This document shows positions 244,483-248,000 of a stretch of DNA of 248,000 nucleotides, one piece after another. A program made the position numbers and the translations under genes. Within the stretch, counting starts at the first letter, position 1, and each line of letters starts with the position of its first letter. The stretch is from Octopus vulgaris (Eukaryota): positions 87,812,001 to 88,060,000 of the forward strand of contig OX597817.1 in assembly GCA_951406725.2 (NCBI GenBank), in the 5' to 3' direction. The notes beneath the pieces are model-generated. The model ran no database searches. It was not told the origin of the DNA and was given only the letters and a program-made list of their open reading frames with translations.

Positions 244483-244592
244483 TCTCTGAAGAGGCCGTGG
244501 GGCATCCTTGTTAATGCCTCATTTATACCTGCCTTTATGGCTTATAGGTTAAATGAGGTATGACTGCCCTTACTGCCGAAACAGCTGTCAGA
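244483..244592 (+). ncRNA. Type-I hammerhead motif with 85-nt extended stem II
   Basis: tct-CTGAAGA-ggc...gcc-GAAA-cagct-GTC-aga; nested helices gtggggca/tgcccttac and tgcctcattta/taaatgaggta. Confidence 0.72.
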
Positions 244593-244784
244593 TATGATAT
244601 AATTACATATTATATTTTATATTTTATATTTCTATTTCCTTGTCTATTTATATTTACTATATATTTTGTATAATGCCTTTACTGATATGTAATGGTGTAA
244701 TAAAGTATTGATTGGGTATCATCTGAGAGTTGATGTTTTATTGATTTAAGTATGTTTCTCCATTTTCTAATTTTGTAATATAAT

Positions 244785-245887
244785 CCTCAAGCCGTAATCC
244801 CATCTTTTCCCTTCTTTCCGCCATTGGCGGTCTTTCCTCCTCTTCTTCTTCTTATGCTAAAACTTGAAAATCGCCATTACCATTACGATTCTGCAATTTA
244901 AACTCCCAATTCAACTTACTTTCTTCTTCAACTCCCGGTCGATGCCCGCAGCAAGTTCTTAAAAATTTATCTTACTATTTTTATTCGTTGTTACTACGTT
245001 TATTCATACATTGATAACTTGATTCGTCTTACCCATCGAAAATTTACGAAAATTTAACCTTTTAGGCTACTTTCAAGCCTTCGCCATAACTTGATTTATC
245101 TTTCCTATCTCTCTCTCTACAAAATTTAACCTTAGGCTGCCTCAAGCCGTAATCCCATCTTTTCCCTTCTTTCCGCCATTGGCGGTCTTTCCTCCTCTTC
245201 TTCTTCTTATGCTAAAGCTTGAAAATCGCCATTACCATTACGATTCTGCAATTTAAACTCCCAATTCAACTTACTTTCTTCTTCAACTCCCGGTCGATGC
245301 CCGCAGCAAGTTCTTAAAAATTTATCTTACTATTTTTATTCGTTGTTACTACGTTTATTCATACATTGATAACTTGATTCGTCTTACCCATCGAAAATTT
245401 ACGAAAATTTAACCTTTTAGGCTACTTTCAAGCCTTCGCCATAACTTGATTTATCTTTCCTATCTCTCTCTCTACAAAATTTAACCTTAGGCTGCCTCAA
245501 GCCGTAATCCCATCTTTTCCCTTCTTTCCGCCATTGGCGGTCTTTCCTCCTCTTCTTCTTCTTATGCTAAAGCTTGAAAATCGCCATTACCATTACGATT
245601 CTGCAATTTAAACTCCCAATTCAACTTACTTTCTTCTTCAACTCCCGGTCGATGCCCGCAGCAAGTTCTTAAAAATTTATCTTACTATTTTTATTCGTTG
245701 TTACTACGTTTATTCATACATTGATAACTTGATTCGTCTTACCCATCGAAAATTTACGAAAATTTAACCTTTTAGGCTACTTTCAAGCCTTCGCCATAAC
245801 TTGATTTATCTTTCCTATCTCTCTCTCTACAAAATTTAACCTTAGGCTACCTCAAGCCGTAATCCCATCTTTTCCCTTCTTTCCGCC
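244785..245887 (+). repeat. Tandem array of 355-bp monomers (3 full + partial)
   Basis: cctcaagccgtaatccc at 244785, 245140, 245495 and 245850. Confidence 0.96.
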
Positions 245888-246560
245888 AGCCCCCCCACCC
245901 CCACCACCAATACCGATGAACACTGTTCTCACCCCCACCACCAATACCGGTGAACACTGTTCTCACCGCCACCACCAATACCGGTGAACACTGTTCTCAC
246001 CCCCACCACCAATACCAGTATACCCTGTTCTCACCATCTACACCGGATACGCCCTACTCATCTACACCGGGTACGCCCTACTCCCTCCTCCTCCCCCCAC
246101 TACCCCTTCTCCTCATATGCTTTCACTGTGAAAAGACAAGCTGCTAGCGCCATAGCTCATCAACTGCCCACCGATCTTACGCTTCCTCCTGACACTGCCT
246201 CAATCCGACCATCCCCTTTTAGTACCCTCCCGCCTCGTAATATCCTACGTTTTTATTTCTTAGGAACCTACACCAACCCTTCCTGCCATCGTTCCTCCTT
246301 ACCCCAACCTTCCGACACGTTAAAATGCTCGAACCGATCGTGACGATGCCGGACCCTCCGGCCCCTGTGCAGGTGGCACGTAAAAAGCACCCAATCCACT
246401 CACGGAGTGGTTGGCGTTAGGAAGGGCATCCAGCCGTAGAAACTCTGCCAGATTCAGACTGGAGCCTGGAGCGGCCCCTGGCTTCCCAGACCCGGTCAAA
246501 CCGTCCAACCCGTGCTAGCGCGGAAAGCGGACGTTAAACGATGATGATGATGATGATGAT
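244785..246560 (+). mobile_element. Non-autonomous RTE derivative lacking the entire ORF
   Basis: Monomers and 5' UTR match 219655-220630; at ~246312 it joins directly to a 3' UTR matching ~216010-216236. Confidence 0.9.
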
Positions 246561-248000
246561 AATACACAATACTATAAATTAGAGTTGTATTAAAATTTGA
246601 AAAATTAATTTAATTTAATAAACAAATATTTAATAAATATTTGAAATGTAAATAATCCAACAATTCCAAATTTTGCAAATTCATTTGAAGAATATCTTAA
246701 CATGATGAAATGACTACACATTTGAAGATAGCATTTATAATTCACTCACTTGGGCCATCAGCTCGAATCTTTTGAAGAATGGGTAAGCTTTTGAATAAAT
246801 TATGAATGTAAGATTCTACTTGAAGCCTGAAATTATACGATATAATAAAAGAAAAATATATTGGTTTGAAACCCACTTGATGCATTAATCAACAATATAA
246901 TTTTAATAGCACACATACACACACACATAAATGTGTATTTGTGTGTGTGTGTATAAAATATGAGTGTGTGTATATATATATAGAAAGAGAGAGAGGGAGA
247001 GCTTACCGATAAAGCACATTCACTTACACAGTGTTCATTGTGTATTTGGTTAATGAGAGAGATGGACGATATGAGAATTTTAAATATCCCACCTGTGAGG
247101 AATCGATGCTAGATGAGTCAAAACAATTGAAGTGATTAACAAAAATTCTCGTATCTTCCTTCTCTCTCATTAACCAAATTTACATCCATCCATTCATCCA
247201 CCCGCTCGCCCACTGTGTACCCAAAACATGTACTGAGAGTGATAAAAATCAACATCCAGTCATCATTGTATTTGGAGTGATCACTACGGAGGCCTACATC
247301 AAATGCCTGGAGGAGGTAGTGTTACCCTAGGTCAAGAGGGTGGCTGTTGGACAACCCTATGTCTGGCAACAGGACTCTACACCATGTCACACAAGCAGGA
247401 GAACCCAATCATGGTTGTCAGACAATTTCTGCAACCACATCATCCCTAACATCTGGCTATCTAACTTCCCAGTCTGCAACCGCCTTGATTATTATGTGTG
247501 GGGCTTAGTTAAATGAGTGACCAACAAAACTCCTTGTAACACCAAAGATAAACTGAAGGCAAGGATTATGGCAGTATTCACCAACTTAACCATGGAGACC
247601 ATCTAGAGGAGTTGCAGGAGATTCTGAAGTCTTCTGGAAACCATGGTTGAAGTCAATGGCAATTTTGTTGGATAAATTTACTCTTTAGTATTTCATGATA
247701 TTTTTTAATGTAATTTTGGTAAATATATCTGTTAAAATGAGATGACAGTGTTATTTTCATTTTTGCATAATTTAGACAACAATATATTCACCACAACCTG
247801 TGTATATATATATGTGTATACATATATATATATATATATATACATACATTGGGTCATCCCATAAATAATGGGATGAAGTTGTGAAGGCTAACTAAGTAAG
247901 AGAAGAAGACAAAGAACTATACTAACTGCCAATATACAGTGTTACAGAAGACTCCTACACCCATAGTAAAATGCACCCTAACACAAGAGCAGTGTTTAAG

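Overview
AT-rich, microsatellite- and SINE-dense eukaryotic genomic DNA. The repeat families and (TA/CA/CAT)n load look like an octopus or other cephalopod (inference from sequence character, no database search). Two large convergent multi-exon genes fill the window. TBC1D32/BROMI (+ strand) has 27 exons located, 8110-162836; its 5' exons were not found and one internal exon is unresolved. EPG5 (- strand) has 41 phase-compatible exons, 243552 down to 168352, and its 5' exons were not located (probably beyond the window end). Gene identities rest on my recollection of the human proteins. The introns hold RTE, CR1, Tx1/L1 and R4/Dong-type LINEs, Penelope-like elements (PLEs), Tc1/mariner, hAT- and piggyBac-like MITEs, a Helitron remnant and several tRNA-derived SINE families. 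Four observations stand out. (1) A set of minimal type-I hammerhead ribozyme (HHR) motifs sits on PLE ends, often in fold-back pairs, including a 1.85-kb palindrome with two intact HHRs and an HHR with an 85-nt stem II. (2) Two independent tRNA-headed SINE-like elements carry a PLE-type HHR tail, suggesting a Pol III, PLE-mobilised ribozyme SINE. (3) An RTE LINE lineage carries interchangeable ~355-377-bp 5' tandem monomer arrays and has ORF-less derivatives. (4) A TBC1D32 exon is duplicated out of order.
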